Part shown: one piece after another, positions 39,801 to 49,447 of the stretch
How the letters are laid out: each line of letters starts with the position of its first letter
Numbering within the stretch: position 1 is the stretch's first letter
From: Candidatus Zipacnadia bacterium
Lineage (GTDB): Bacteria; Armatimonadota; Zipacnadia; Zipacnadales; UBA5352
Length of the DNA stretch: 64,000 bases
Reading direction: 5' to 3'
NCBI GenBank assembly: GCA_029821735.1
Contig: JALGSU010000013.1
Span: forward strand, 7,563-71,562
The notes under the pieces: generated by a model
What the model saw: only the letters and a program-made list of their open reading frames with translations
The model's database searches: none
What the model was told of the DNA's origin: nothing
Program-made: the position numbers and the translations under genes

Positions 39801-41088
39801 CGACTTTGAGCCATTCTTCCTCGAGGGACGGCGTGATGACAGCTTGGCCACGGTTGAGGCCGGTGGCGAGGGCAATGTCGCGGTGTATGTGCTGGGGGAT
39901 GAGCGGCTGGTCTTCCTCTTTGGCACCGCTGCAGCCACCCAGGAGTTCCGTGTGCGGTTGAGCGATCTTCCGACCACGGCCGTCGCGCTCGACTACGACG
40001 AGAAGAAGCCGCTCCCGGTCTCTCCGGCGCTGGTGGTTCAGGTCTCCGCTCACCGCGTCAAGGTCATTCACGTGCGGCCCTCCGTCGACGCCCCCGAACC
40101 GGTGGCGCCGCGGTTGCTCGCCCCAGTCGATGAGACGCTGTCCGACAGGCGCCCGCTGCTGGTGTGGGACCACGGGGGCGCGGCCGTCTGCCGCTACCGG
40201 GTGGAAGTGTCGCCGGATCGCGACTTCGCTGAGGGCGCGGCCGTCGCCATCGCCGACCTGCCTGCCAACACTTATGTCGTCAGTGAGCCCCTGGATGAGA
40301 ACGGAACATACTTCTGGCGCGTGCGCGCTGTAGATGCCCACAACGGCAAGATGAGCGCCTGGTCACCGGTTGGCCAGTTCACGCTCGGCGTGCTGGGGCT
40401 CGCAGTGCAGTCGCCCATATTCTCCCCCAACGGCGATGGCATCCATGACACCGTGACTCTGCAGGCGGAGTTGCGCAGCGAGGCGCCCTGGACGGTGGTC
40501 GTCGCCGACTCCGCCGGGCGTGTGGTCAAGCGTCTCGCCGGGGAGGGGCTGCAGGTGTCCGCCGCCTGGGATGGCAGCGATGCCGCGGGCGAAAGCGCCC
40601 CTGATGGTCACTATGAACTGCGCCTGGAGGTCCGTGGCACACGGGTTGCCGCCGAGAAGGTAGAGCTGAACCAACGCTTCGGGGTGGCCAATCCAGAGCT
40701 GGAGCGCTGGTGTTACTGGCGCTCGCAGGCCCTTGAGGGCGGCGCCACAGAGCGTGATTACCACATCGTTGCTGGCGACTTGCCCTACTCGCTCAGGCTG
40801 GCTGGGGACGGCCTCGAGGCCAGGGCTTACTGGAGCAACTACCGCTCTGGCACTGAGATACCGATTCTGCACTTCTTCACCAAAGAGGACCGCTGGGCCG
40901 CCATCCCCGGCTTGGAGGCAGAGTGGGAGGGCATCGTTGCCGAGGCCACGGGCAAGCAGGACTGGACGCGCCTGACGGTGTTCTGCCAGGCGCCCGAGAA
41001 CGCCGCTAAGGCAGTGCTCTTCTTCTCGATCAAGGGCAAGGGCACCGCCTGGCTGGGGTCGGCTGAGTTCGGCGAGGGCCGACCGTAG
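36811..41088 (+). CDS. secreted multidomain carbohydrate-binding/hydrolase-like protein (CBM4_9-like jelly roll, CBM9-like module, TIM-barrel-like core, FN3-like, FlgD-Ig-like)
   Basis: GGAG sits 5 nt upstream of ATG 36811, with signal peptide VTLLAAIALAALLPASAA. Modules read by eye: NLLSNPSFEQAAEG (CBM4_9-type start), PRIDGVMDDECW (CBM9/DOMON-like), FN3-like (YRVEVSPDRDF...YFWRVRAVD) and FlgD-Ig-like (SPIFSPNGDGIHDTVTLQAEL...WDGSDAAGESAPDGHYEL). The first 98 codons of the track ORF are upstream junk. Confidence 0.8.
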   Translation: MMWTKVTWVTLLAAIALAALLPASAATLNPPVNLLSNPSFEQAAEGNEELAQGWGLYQCGYTRTRERSYAPDISGPWSCRITGADQTDEKGLGGTSTAVVDPPAHGTFAATNSIYVASHTQGAIYGAYVTARYTDDTEKTFSFRLSDAQIKANLGTWKTYRHTFTTDPLKKLKALSYWCLVWAKDEQKFIGTVYFDDVELRSVDTDGQADAALPFAFVSRTPTPPRIDGVMDDECWRHSLELSPFLLSSGVEAAMEQTRARLAFDEDHLYLFLECRESVLDPVLQKRAAFKATQTEHDSNVFSDDAVEVFLQPSQEESAYYHIAINSLGTIYDARCEIDGVYDKSWDSGADAAGQVGERSWTVEVAIPREQLSPDEFSAIDGWRANLCRTEKPSVESSCWSPTGGSFHTPARFGLIAFGPPALSGGEVDLGGLRKGVNHLRLAVTSPAAEEHTVTVTASASQGNGSSEVGRELARIAPGQTETIAVEYTALSGEGALQYEVAQDGRVLLVSPAYPLQSDNPFIAWLSVRDNPSSHAIGDFSVAQGETLVLPLVLLAGIEEEQFREATVTLEVPHFLRLVSPLSGARRWPAPLSVTEQTIVRDGQPYRRLTLEFGARSITFAGAREQRLYVENPLLFQAEYVGQQDPQQARSPLAYEVSLNGQSRASGSLPLTLLPPLARKSPREVVVCNWPCASIYANQFLGRLSEAEQSTIFDSWTRSGFNIYAHGGRTATERGLKTAKGLPGTLDGLCAAAPGIVDYLRANPQYQSATLEGKPLPISISPAHLLDETCPARQMLKDYVGKLALVEPVLSWDYEVPVAYPQSIGFGAHNLAAFRTFANIADDVDLTPEVVVRDYRPQWVDFRCHQNAEVTGLLQEGIKAANPDCMFFVYSGYHGEHTRETYGINWEYVAPHLDQAWCGYGRPVQKIQDTLQVLQGKPLVGGELVWLGYGNWYPLDRTETRLMRRLTDCAGGFMVYYDWFVDGRFYAAISRTAAVAADFEPFFLEGRRDDSLATVEAGGEGNVAVYVLGDERLVFLFGTAAATQEFRVRLSDLPTTAVALDYDEKKPLPVSPALVVQVSAHRVKVIHVRPSVDAPEPVAPRLLAPVDETLSDRRPLLVWDHGGAAVCRYRVEVSPDRDFAEGAAVAIADLPANTYVVSEPLDENGTYFWRVRAVDAHNGKMSAWSPVGQFTLGVLGLAVQSPIFSPNGDGIHDTVTLQAELRSEAPWTVVVADSAGRVVKRLAGEGLQVSAAWDGSDAAGESAPDGHYELRLEVRGTRVAAEKVELNQRFGVANPELERWCYWRSQALEGGATERDYHIVAGDLPYSLRLAGDGLEARAYWSNYRSGTEIPILHFFTKEDRWAAIPGLEAEWEGIVAEATGKQDWTRLTVFCQAPENAAKAVLFFSIKGKGTAWLGSAEFGEGRP

Positions 41089-41114
41089 AGCCGAATCACT
41101 CGCTGTCAGTCCCG

Positions 41115-44100
41115 CTACTCAATGCGCGCGACCTCGACCCGGTCGCCCACACCGTAGTACCAGAGCGAGACCACCTGGTCGACGTAGTCGCGCGCGAGGT
41201 CCTCGTCGTCTGCAGGGCCGGCTAGATGCAGCCACGGAGGCTTGGTGTGGCTGATGCCCGCGACCAGGCGCGCCGCATCGCCCTCGCCTGCCCAGGCGCC
41301 ATGGTAATAGTCATTGGCCCCGTCGGTCAGCTCGCCCGTCTCATCGTTCGTGTGCCCGGTCACGAAGGGCGTGCTTACGCCCAACTCCAGCCGACCGCCC
41401 TCGACGCTGACCACGGGGAACCGCCCCAGCAGCGCAGGCTTGTCCAGCGTCACCGTCACCCGCCCGTCCCGGAGCTCGGTCGCCTCGACCACGTACATCG
41501 AGCTGCGCATTTCGCTGAAGATGCGGATGGCGCGGCCGGGCGCGAAGTCCTCCAGACTCAACTCGTCCCCCGCGATGGTGATCTCGCGCGTGTCGTAATC
41601 GAGCGCCTCGATCTGCCCTTGCGCGTACCCCGGCAGGTTTTCCCGGCCCAGCGCGCCGACCCGGACGTCCTTGCGCACTTCATCGCCCTCGCGCACTATC
41701 ACCCGCACGCCCAGCGGCCGGTGGGCGGTGGTGATACTGGGCCCGTCCGGTATCTGCAGCGTGATCTCGTCGGTGCCATCGGTGCGCTCGACCTCCAGCA
41801 CTATCGGGTCCGTGGAGGTGAGCCGCACACCAAGTATCTCCGGCTCGCCCTGGAAGGGATCCAGCACCGTTAGGTAGCGCGTGACCTCGCCCTCTCCGAC
41901 TTGACGGCGCACCAGGAGATAGGCCAGCTTGCCCTCCTGCCAGACCGGGGAGCGCCCTTTGCCCAGGATGGCCTCGACCGGGCCGTCAACCGGCACGACG
42001 TGCACCGCAAGTGCGTCGCCCTCCTCCAGCCCCGAAGGCCACGTCCAGGCCGCCGGGGTCTCCAGCGGCGCCCGACGGATCTCCGTCAGGAAGCTGGGGA
42101 AGTCGCCTCGGGCGTGTCCATGGCCCCAGCGATCAGTGTAGGCGGCGAACTCCTCCACATCAGGCCCTGCCAGCGTTCCGGTAGCCTGCACGGCCCAGTC
42201 AAGCGCCGGCGCCTCCGGCTCGACATGCATTGCCAGCCACGTCTGGTCATGCTGCTCGCCGCCGTTGACGCTGAAGAGGTCCACCACGTAGAAGCGGTCC
42301 TCATCGACCTCCACCATGATGTCGGTGCGCTCGTACACGTCGCAGCCCAGGTTCTCGTAGGGGTTGTGGTGAGCGGTGATCACATGCACGCCGTCCTCGG
42401 AGGCGAACAGGCTGGCCGCGTTGCGGAAAAAGCGCGGCTGGGTGAAGCGCGCCTCGTTGATGGTCACCGTGTTGTGGGCCATGTTGTGGCTGTCCCACTG
42501 ATAGCGATACTCCCAGGTCTGCGGGTAGCCCAGGTCCTGCAGGAGCTGGACCCCTCGCGCGTAGAGGCCGATGCCCATCTGGTCCATCTGGCGGTGCCCG
42601 ATGGTGGACGAGTAGTTCAGTGCCAGCGCTCGCGAGTTCGGGAACTCACCCGCTTCCAGGATGCCGATCCCGTAGCCGTCCAGCAGCCGGCTCTCGCGGC
42701 GGATCTCCGAGCGTGGGTCCTCGAGGGCTGCCTGCAGTTCCTGTCCCGGGTAGGGTTCCCACAGTTCGCCTGAGAACAGTTCGCCCTCCATGTTGGTCAA
42801 TGCGCGAGCGAAGCGCGGGTCGCCGTACTTGGTGAAAGCGAAGAGGTTCTGAGCGCGCACCAGCGAGTGGTATTGCGGTCCGACGCGTTGCGGTTCGCGT
42901 AAGCCCCCGCAGTCGCCAATGGGCGGATACCAGTAGTCGAGTATGGCGCTGTCAATCAGATGGTTGAACAACTCCCGGGCCTTCGGGTTCGCGAAGATAT
43001 CCGGGTAGCGGTCCTGTGGGAACTCGTCAGGATGGCGGGCGCGGATCTCGTCCATGACTCTGGAGGCGCGGATCAAATCCAGCTTGATCCGGTTGTAGTT
43101 GGGGCTCTCGTGCCCGCCGCCATCACGGGTCAGGCCGTTGTCCATGATCCAGGCGGACCGTCCGATGCCGTGGTATGTGTACTCGACCATATCCCGGCTG
43201 TTGGGGTGTCGATCGCCGTAGTCGTCCATCACCAACGCGATGCCCATGGCAGTGGCCTGGTGGTGGCCCTGATTGCCGTGCACCATCCCGCGTTGCAGGG
43301 CGACCATCCCCGAGCGGAGGATGTAGTTCTCTATGTACTCGCGCAGTTCGTCGCCGGTCTCGACGGCCATGCCCTTGCTCTGCACGAACGCGAGCACCTC
43401 GGGGTCATCGAAGCCCTCGTAGAGCCCGTCGTAGGCGTAGGCGAGCCGCTCGAGCATGAAGGTGCCCCAGATCAGATCGGTGATCAGGCCGCCCGTCTTG
43501 CCCTTGTAGTGCGGGTGTGTGCCGCCGTATGGCCCCAGATAGGTGCGATCGTAGCGGTTCTCAAGGTCGGTGAAGTCGGTGTCCTCCCAGCCGTAGTTGG
43601 GGTACTGGGTGGCCAGCCGCGCCATCAGGATGCAACCCTTGCGCGCATACAACGTGTGGCCGGTGAGTTGGTAGGCTTCCGAGAATGACTTCAACAGAGG
43701 CACTACCACCGAACCGTAGACCATGTGCGCGTACTCGATGAGGAAGTGGTAGCGCTCGCCGTTGTACATACAGCCCGAGCCGTCGTCCGGGAAGTCGCCT
43801 GAGGTCATGTCGCCCTGATCGTAGCGGTTGGAGGGGTACCACTCACCGCCGACCGGGCACTTGATCTGATAGGGGTGGCCTATAGGGTCGATGCTCCATG
43901 GGTTGAAGGTCCCGTGCTTCTTGACCTCGGCACCGTGGACCGGGCAGATTGCGCGCGGGTGTTCGGTGTAGTTCCAGGTGCGAGGGATCTCAGTGGTCGG
44001 CTGCAGCAGCCAGATGAACTCGTCGCTCTCGGCCGCGAAGCGCTCCGCCGACATGTAGACCGGCCCCATGTAGTAGCGAATGCGGTCGCCATGCTCGATG

Positions 44101-44255
44101 ATGCGCGCCCGCTCGCGTTCGGCCCAATCGTAGCTGGCGATGTTCTCGAGGGCAATCGCCACTCGCTCAGGTGTGAAGTAGGTGGGGCCGGACTTGGCTG
44201 CGCCCGGTGCACAGGCTGCCGTAATCAGAGACAACACGATCAATCCTCTCAGCAA
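41115..44255 (-). CDS. heparinase II/III-like (alginate-lyase-superfamily) protein, probably lipoprotein or secreted
   Basis: STIGHRQMDQMGIGLYARGVQLLQDLGYP...WDSHNMAHNTVTINE matches the Hepar_II_III pattern (H-x-H/Q-x-D ... G ... D-x-G ... HNT-v-x-v). The N-terminal half is helical and toroid-like. The TTG start has AGGAGG 8 nt upstream. The N-terminus LLRGLIVLSLITAACAPG is lipobox-like. Confidence 0.8.
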   Translation of the reverse strand: MLRGLIVLSLITAACAPGAAKSGPTYFTPERVAIALENIASYDWAERERARIIEHGDRIRYYMGPVYMSAERFAAESDEFIWLLQPTTEIPRTWNYTEHPRAICPVHGAEVKKHGTFNPWSIDPIGHPYQIKCPVGGEWYPSNRYDQGDMTSGDFPDDGSGCMYNGERYHFLIEYAHMVYGSVVVPLLKSFSEAYQLTGHTLYARKGCILMARLATQYPNYGWEDTDFTDLENRYDRTYLGPYGGTHPHYKGKTGGLITDLIWGTFMLERLAYAYDGLYEGFDDPEVLAFVQSKGMAVETGDELREYIENYILRSGMVALQRGMVHGNQGHHQATAMGIALVMDDYGDRHPNSRDMVEYTYHGIGRSAWIMDNGLTRDGGGHESPNYNRIKLDLIRASRVMDEIRARHPDEFPQDRYPDIFANPKARELFNHLIDSAILDYWYPPIGDCGGLREPQRVGPQYHSLVRAQNLFAFTKYGDPRFARALTNMEGELFSGELWEPYPGQELQAALEDPRSEIRRESRLLDGYGIGILEAGEFPNSRALALNYSSTIGHRQMDQMGIGLYARGVQLLQDLGYPQTWEYRYQWDSHNMAHNTVTINEARFTQPRFFRNAASLFASEDGVHVITAHHNPYENLGCDVYERTDIMVEVDEDRFYVVDLFSVNGGEQHDQTWLAMHVEPEAPALDWAVQATGTLAGPDVEEFAAYTDRWGHGHARGDFPSFLTEIRRAPLETPAAWTWPSGLEEGDALAVHVVPVDGPVEAILGKGRSPVWQEGKLAYLLVRRQVGEGEVTRYLTVLDPFQGEPEILGVRLTSTDPIVLEVERTDGTDEITLQIPDGPSITTAHRPLGVRVIVREGDEVRKDVRVGALGRENLPGYAQGQIEALDYDTREITIAGDELSLEDFAPGRAIRIFSEMRSSMYVVEATELRDGRVTVTLDKPALLGRFPVVSVEGGRLELGVSTPFVTGHTNDETGELTDGANDYYHGAWAGEGDAARLVAGISHTKPPWLHLAGPADDEDLARDYVDQVVSLWYYGVGDRVEVARIE

Positions 44256-44422
44256 GTCAGACGCCTCCTGGCGATCGCAACGGGCTCAATCATACTTCCC
44301 GGAATCCACTCCGAGGGCCGAACACTCCTGGGAACGCTCACTCGCCGAACACCATCCGCGCCCTTCCCTGCATGGGTAGGGTCGGGCGCCCGGCAGGTGA
44401 CTGCTGTGCTCGCAGCCACCCG

Positions 44423-47400
44423 CTACGGAACGCTCACCTTGTAGGCGAAGCCGTCCTCGCTCGAGGCGATGATCTCGCCCGGACCGGCGGGAGCAAGATC
44501 GATCAGCCGCCCGCCTGTCTCAAAGCGCGCGACCATCGAGCCGTCGACCGCGTTCAGCGCATAGACTGCACCATCGTCGCAGCCGACCGCGAGACGGAGC
44601 GGCTCCCCTGCCAGCGTCGCCAGCGTGCGGACCTGGTTGGGCAGTGCGGTGCGCCACTTGATGGTCCAACCGGTCGCATCGCCTTCGAGGCAGTAGACGT
44701 TGAACGACAGGCTGCTGACGAGTATCTCGTCGGTGCCGTCGCCATCCACGTCCATGCAGGCCAGATCAGTGACCTCGTCCCCGGTGTTGACGACCCAGAG
44801 GCGATCACCGTCCGGACCGTATACCTGCACGGTGGTATCCGCGCCGCCGAAGATTACCTCCTGGCGACCATCGGCGTCGATGTCCCCCGCGGCGACCGCG
44901 TTCGCGCATGGGCCGCCACTGGTGCGGACTCCGAAGCGTCGCGTGCCATCCGGGTTGATGACGTGCCAGGAGTAGTACTCGGTGCCCGCGACCACCTCGT
45001 CGCGACCATCGGCGTCCACGTCCGCGGCAGTACCTGCGGTTGAGCCGTGGACGCTTTCGTAGTGCCATAGCTCCTCGCCCTGCGCGTCGATCGCGTAGTA
45101 GCGCCAGCTATCCGCTCCGGCGATCACCTGCTGGCTGCCGTCGCCGGCGAGGTCTGCGCCGAAGACGACGCGCACGTGCGGTGTTCGCTTGTAGAAGGGC
45201 ACCTCGAAGGTCCACAGGTGCTCGCCCTCGCCGGTGAGCGCGACCACGAGACCGTTCATTGCGCCAGCAATCACCGCCAACCGGCCGTCGCCGGCGAGAT
45301 TGACCGTAGTGACCGAGTTAACCTCGGCCTCACAATCGTAGTCCCAAAGCACCCCGCCATTCGCGTCGAGGCAGTAGACCTTCCCGTTGGAGTTGCCCGC
45401 CAGCACCTCCACCACGCCATCGCCGTCGAGGTCGGCAGTGTGCAGGGAGTTGAATGCGTAAGCTGCCTTCCCGTCGGTCGCCTGCGCGGCTGCGAGTTGC
45501 TTGAGGCCCTCACCGGTGCCCCAAAGCTGCAGTTCGGCCACGTAAACGGCCGTCCCCGGGCGCGGCGTGAGGATCAGGCGCAGGTTCCTCGCGTTCGCAT
45601 CAAGCTCAAACTCGTAGGCCTCCGGAGCGTGGCCGGGGGAACCCCAGTTCGCGCGCATCTCCTCGTCAGCGAAGTCCACCAAGACCCGCTCATCGGCGGC
45701 GAAACCGTCGTTTGAGCCCAGCAGTTGTATGCGCCCAAGCTGGAACCTCGCGCCCTTGCTCGATGCCGTCGCGAACCAGGCGCTCAGGTCCAGGCGCTCG
45801 ATGTGGTAGCTGTCGAGTAGCTCAAGCTCGATGGTGACCTCTTGATCATTGGCCCACATCGTGGCGTCGGAAGTGCCGTCATCCCGACCGTCGAAGACGT
45901 TGCCGAGCAGGTTGCCGCCGATCTCGCCGGAGAACACGTTGGCCTCCAGCGGGTCGGGGCTGGCGCTGACGCTCTTCACCGCGGCGACCGATGCGGGTTC
46001 GCCGGGGTTGCCCGTGAGCAGGAAGTTGTCGGGACGCTCCATGTATGCCCAGTGCTCGGTCATTGCCGGTGCATCGCCGCCAGCGGTCGCGGGGACCGTG
46101 GCGGGCGTCGCCGACGCCATGACCGCGCCCATGAGCCCGGCTACCTCCTCGCGCGAGTTCTGTGCCCCGAGGTCAGCGGTAGCCACGTTCTGCTGGCTGC
46201 CAATGCTGCTGACCGGTGGCGAGTGCAGTTCCGCCAATCCGGCAGCGAGATTGGCCTCAACGTCAGCTCCTTCGGCGATCTCACGCATCTGGCCGAGGGC
46301 CTCGATGGAGGTCGCGCCTATTGCGCACAGGTGGATGGGCGTCATGATCGCCATCGCGCCGGTTATCGTGGTCGCGCCGGGGATGGACATCTCACCATCT
46401 GCGCCCCGCACCGCGACAATCACAGGATCGCCCGCGCCGGTGATCGCGATGGAGTTATCGCTGAGGCGCTGCACGCGCACATCGGCTGGCTCGTCGCCGG
46501 ACGCGTACATGACGGTGAACAGCACCACCTGCTGACCAGGTTGCAGTTCGGCATCGATGATGCCCTGCATCGACTTCACCAGCGGCTCGTTGATGTGCGG
46601 ATAGCTGGCCCAGTTCTTGCCGGTGTATTCGTCTTCATTGAGGATGCAGTGGGTGTCAGGCGTCATGGAGATCGTGGCGAACTGCCCATCCTGCTCCACC
46701 GACAGCCGCGAACCCTCAAGCTCCGTGTCGCCAATGGTCTGCCAGACGGCGCGGAAGCTGTAGTCGCCTGGCTCATTGGCGACCATCCGGTCCGCCACCA
46801 CGAACACTCCGGGCTTGACCCAGATGACGTTCCGGTGCCAGTCAACGCCGGCGTAGTTGCGCGCCACCGTCTGCGACGCGCCCATGGTCTCGAGATCGGC
46901 GAGGTTCTCAAGCTCCGCATACGCGGGGACCTTCTGCGACTGGCCGTCGCGGAGGATCAGCATCGAATTGTGATACTTCGGCAGCGACTTGATGTAGTCA
47001 GTGTCCGCAAGCCAGATGCGGTTGTTGGCGGTCCACTGGAGGATCGCGTTGCCGTCCATGTGACCGTGGCCGCCAAGGGTCAGACCGTCGAGCAGCAGGT
47101 AGGGGGAGTCAGCGTCGTAGCTGGCGCGGAAGGATATCTTGTCGACGGCGTTCGCCAGCGGCACATGCTCAGCGCCACTGAAGCTGTCATACCACAGTCT
47201 ATCGACCGCCCAGCCCTTCGTCCCGAGCAGGTCCGTCGGCTCGACGGTCTCATCGCCTCCAAGTGAGAAACTAGACAGCGCCAGCCGCGACCTGACCTGC
47301 ATCTTGCGATCGATGGCCCACTGGAAGCGGCCATCACGGTAGTACCACTCGGCCATGCCCAGGATACGCAGCTCGTTCCCCATTGGCGCCCACCCGCCGA

Positions 47401-49192
47401 CGTCGCCGTAAGGCACCTGATAGCCGAGATTGCTCATGGTCATGATGGCGTAGTCAGCGTTCAGCCGCGCGTTGCCGTTCTCAAAGTAGCGCATATCCGG
47501 CCGCGCCATACAGTAGGTCATTGTGTGGTTCAGTGTCAGCCACTGGTACGTGTTGCAGTCGCAGTGTGGCTTGCTGGCGTCGAGCTGGTACTGGAATGTT
47601 CCGTCGGCGACCTCGATCCAGTAATCGCCCTCAACCGCTTCGTAGTAGCGGCTGAAGTACTGCCCTGCGTACAGGCAGCCGAGGGCTGGGAATGTCTGGT
47701 GGTTGAAGCGCACACGCTTGCTGGTGGGGCTGGCCGACTTGCGCGGCCCGAGTTCTCCCACCCACTGGAACAGAATCTTCGTGACCGCCAGCCGCTCCTC
47801 ATCGGTCACCGCCGGGCACTCCTCGACGCAGTCCCAGGCGGGGATGTTCCGGTAGATGTGGAAGTCCGAGTCCATCCCCCACGGCCCGCCATACGTGGTC
47901 GGGTCCGACAGGTAGCTCTCGTACGTGCGCTCGATCATCCACACGTACATCCGGGCGTATTCCTCGCGCTCGGTCAGCGCGTAGTACAGGCCTTGCTTCT
48001 CTGCATACGAGAACAGACCCCGAGTGCCTGCGCGACGCAGGTGGTCCTCGCAGCTCTGCTTGAGCTTCTCTGCCCAGTCGTCATCGAGCGTCTGAGTGAA
48101 TAGGTTGCCGTAGCTGGCCAACGCATCGTTGGTGAGTTCGACCTCGTGGACCGAGGGCACCACGAGCGTCTCGCCTTCGGTCAGATACGGTCGCAGGGCC
48201 TCCACGCCCGCCCGCGCGCCCGCGATGTCCGACGCGCCCAGGCAAATCAGGTTGCGGCCCGTACCCCACGGATCGGGAACCGTGCGCACCTCATAGCCCC
48301 CATTCCCGGGATAGACGCCGTCAGCGAAGGTGAGCTGGTGCGAGTAAGGGTAGAGCAGCGCCATGTTGTTGACGATGCTGCCAACGACGATGGCGTTGGT
48401 CTCAGCAAGATCTTCGTCGGTCACTTCGTCATCAGTGACAATCGGCAGCGCTACGCCCGTGGCCTCTTTGATTGCCGAGGCCACCTCCGCCGCGATGGCG
48501 GCCCACTCGACATCCTGCGGCGCAACGATGATCGCGCGTGCCTCGCCACCCTCGACCAGCGTGGTGTCAGGAAACAGCGGCTTGGGCTCGGTCACGTCCG
48601 CGAACGCCTGCTTCGTGGACTTCTCCAGGCGGATATTGTCCAGAACCATATCGAACTCCACCCCTGCGTTATGGGTTCCGACGAAGAACACCAACTCAGT
48701 CACGGCCGAACGGTCATCGCTCTTGACGTATTCGCTCTCCCAGGCCAGCCCCCCACTCGGCAGACCGGGGTGCAGCGTCCAGGTCTGCGCCTCGGCCCTC
48801 AACTGGCCGCTCCAGCTCGTCCAGCTCAGCACGCAATTGCTCTCGGCGTCGAAGCCCCTGACATAGAGCGCCTGTGACTCCGCGGGCGTGGACGTGGCGG
48901 CATCGAAGACAAGTGCCTGGCCACGAAAGTCCGTGGCTGGAATGGCGACCCGCGTGCTCAGGTAGCTGTTGCCTTCGTGGCCGGCGGGCGAGGTGCCATA
49001 GAGGCGTAGTGCCCCGGCGCCCTCGACCTCAAACCCGGGTTCTGTGACGACCTCAATCCCCGAGCGATCCCAGTTCTTCCCAAGGTCGAGACTGAGCGCC
49101 TCAACCGTATCACACGAGTGTAGCCCGCCCGCCTGCTGGGCGAGGCAAGGCACGACAACGGCGGCAAGCGCCAACATAATCAGATATCTCAC
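44423..49192 (-). CDS. giant secreted protein B: CBM-like module, alpha/beta module, heparinase II/III-like domain, discoidin (F5/8 type C)-like insertion, C-terminal FG-GAP propeller
   Basis: This is a paralogue of 14580..18845. Heparinase-like motif: LGGHGHMDGNAILQWTANNRIWLADTDY...YHNSMLILRDGQ. Discoidin-like segment: VFDGRDDGTSDATMWANDQEVTIELELL...IQLLGSNDG. FG-GAP Ca-loop-like units: ADLDGDGVVEVLAG, ADLAGDGSQQVIAG, DVDADGRDEVVAG, DIDADGRQEVIFG, DVDGDGTDEILV. GGAGG sits 6 nt upstream of GTG 49192, giving VRYLIMLALAAVVVPCLAQQ. The ORF itself opens at ATG 49258. Confidence 0.85.
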   Translation of the reverse strand: MRYLIMLALAAVVVPCLAQQAGGLHSCDTVEALSLDLGKNWDRSGIEVVTEPGFEVEGAGALRLYGTSPAGHEGNSYLSTRVAIPATDFRGQALVFDAATSTPAESQALYVRGFDAESNCVLSWTSWSGQLRAEAQTWTLHPGLPSGGLAWESEYVKSDDRSAVTELVFFVGTHNAGVEFDMVLDNIRLEKSTKQAFADVTEPKPLFPDTTLVEGGEARAIIVAPQDVEWAAIAAEVASAIKEATGVALPIVTDDEVTDEDLAETNAIVVGSIVNNMALLYPYSHQLTFADGVYPGNGGYEVRTVPDPWGTGRNLICLGASDIAGARAGVEALRPYLTEGETLVVPSVHEVELTNDALASYGNLFTQTLDDDWAEKLKQSCEDHLRRAGTRGLFSYAEKQGLYYALTEREEYARMYVWMIERTYESYLSDPTTYGGPWGMDSDFHIYRNIPAWDCVEECPAVTDEERLAVTKILFQWVGELGPRKSASPTSKRVRFNHQTFPALGCLYAGQYFSRYYEAVEGDYWIEVADGTFQYQLDASKPHCDCNTYQWLTLNHTMTYCMARPDMRYFENGNARLNADYAIMTMSNLGYQVPYGDVGGWAPMGNELRILGMAEWYYRDGRFQWAIDRKMQVRSRLALSSFSLGGDETVEPTDLLGTKGWAVDRLWYDSFSGAEHVPLANAVDKISFRASYDADSPYLLLDGLTLGGHGHMDGNAILQWTANNRIWLADTDYIKSLPKYHNSMLILRDGQSQKVPAYAELENLADLETMGASQTVARNYAGVDWHRNVIWVKPGVFVVADRMVANEPGDYSFRAVWQTIGDTELEGSRLSVEQDGQFATISMTPDTHCILNEDEYTGKNWASYPHINEPLVKSMQGIIDAELQPGQQVVLFTVMYASGDEPADVRVQRLSDNSIAITGAGDPVIVAVRGADGEMSIPGATTITGAMAIMTPIHLCAIGATSIEALGQMREIAEGADVEANLAAGLAELHSPPVSSIGSQQNVATADLGAQNSREEVAGLMGAVMASATPATVPATAGGDAPAMTEHWAYMERPDNFLLTGNPGEPASVAAVKSVSASPDPLEANVFSGEIGGNLLGNVFDGRDDGTSDATMWANDQEVTIELELLDSYHIERLDLSAWFATASSKGARFQLGRIQLLGSNDGFAADERVLVDFADEEMRANWGSPGHAPEAYEFELDANARNLRLILTPRPGTAVYVAELQLWGTGEGLKQLAAAQATDGKAAYAFNSLHTADLDGDGVVEVLAGNSNGKVYCLDANGGVLWDYDCEAEVNSVTTVNLAGDGRLAVIAGAMNGLVVALTGEGEHLWTFEVPFYKRTPHVRVVFGADLAGDGSQQVIAGADSWRYYAIDAQGEELWHYESVHGSTAGTAADVDADGRDEVVAGTEYYSWHVINPDGTRRFGVRTSGGPCANAVAAGDIDADGRQEVIFGGADTTVQVYGPDGDRLWVVNTGDEVTDLACMDVDGDGTDEILVSSLSFNVYCLEGDATGWTIKWRTALPNQVRTLATLAGEPLRLAVGCDDGAVYALNAVDGSMVARFETGGRLIDLAPAGPGEIIASSEDGFAYKVSVP

Positions 49193-49447
49193 GGCATACC
49201 TCCAGCGAGGATTTTCTGTCCTCCACGATCGTCCGTCAAACGGGTATGATTCGCTCATGGCCAGAACAGTGCGTGCGCAACATACGGGTTCGCCGTTGAA
49301 TATGACTGCACCTACTTCTCAGGGCTCGGAGCCGTGACGGGCCAGCGACGGACCTCAATGGGACGAGCAGAGAGGCCCGTCCCCTCCATCTGGAGAAGGA
49401 CAGGAAGCGTTCTCGGCCTCAGGATCAGTTGAGAGAGGAAGAAGACG

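Noticed and set aside
37927-40341. An 804-aa ORF antisense to the 36811..41088 gene. Similar long shadow ORFs occur at 45842..47266, 24325..25695, 23056..24174, 9903..11330, 28688..30253, 50651..51718, 20148..21173, 6121..7056, 56097..57110 and 14280..15467.
   Set aside because: All lie opposite genes with strong motif support. They are Arg/Gly/Ala/Pro-rich with no motifs, signal peptides or SD sequences. This is the expected stop-codon-poor antisense frame of a GC-rich genome.
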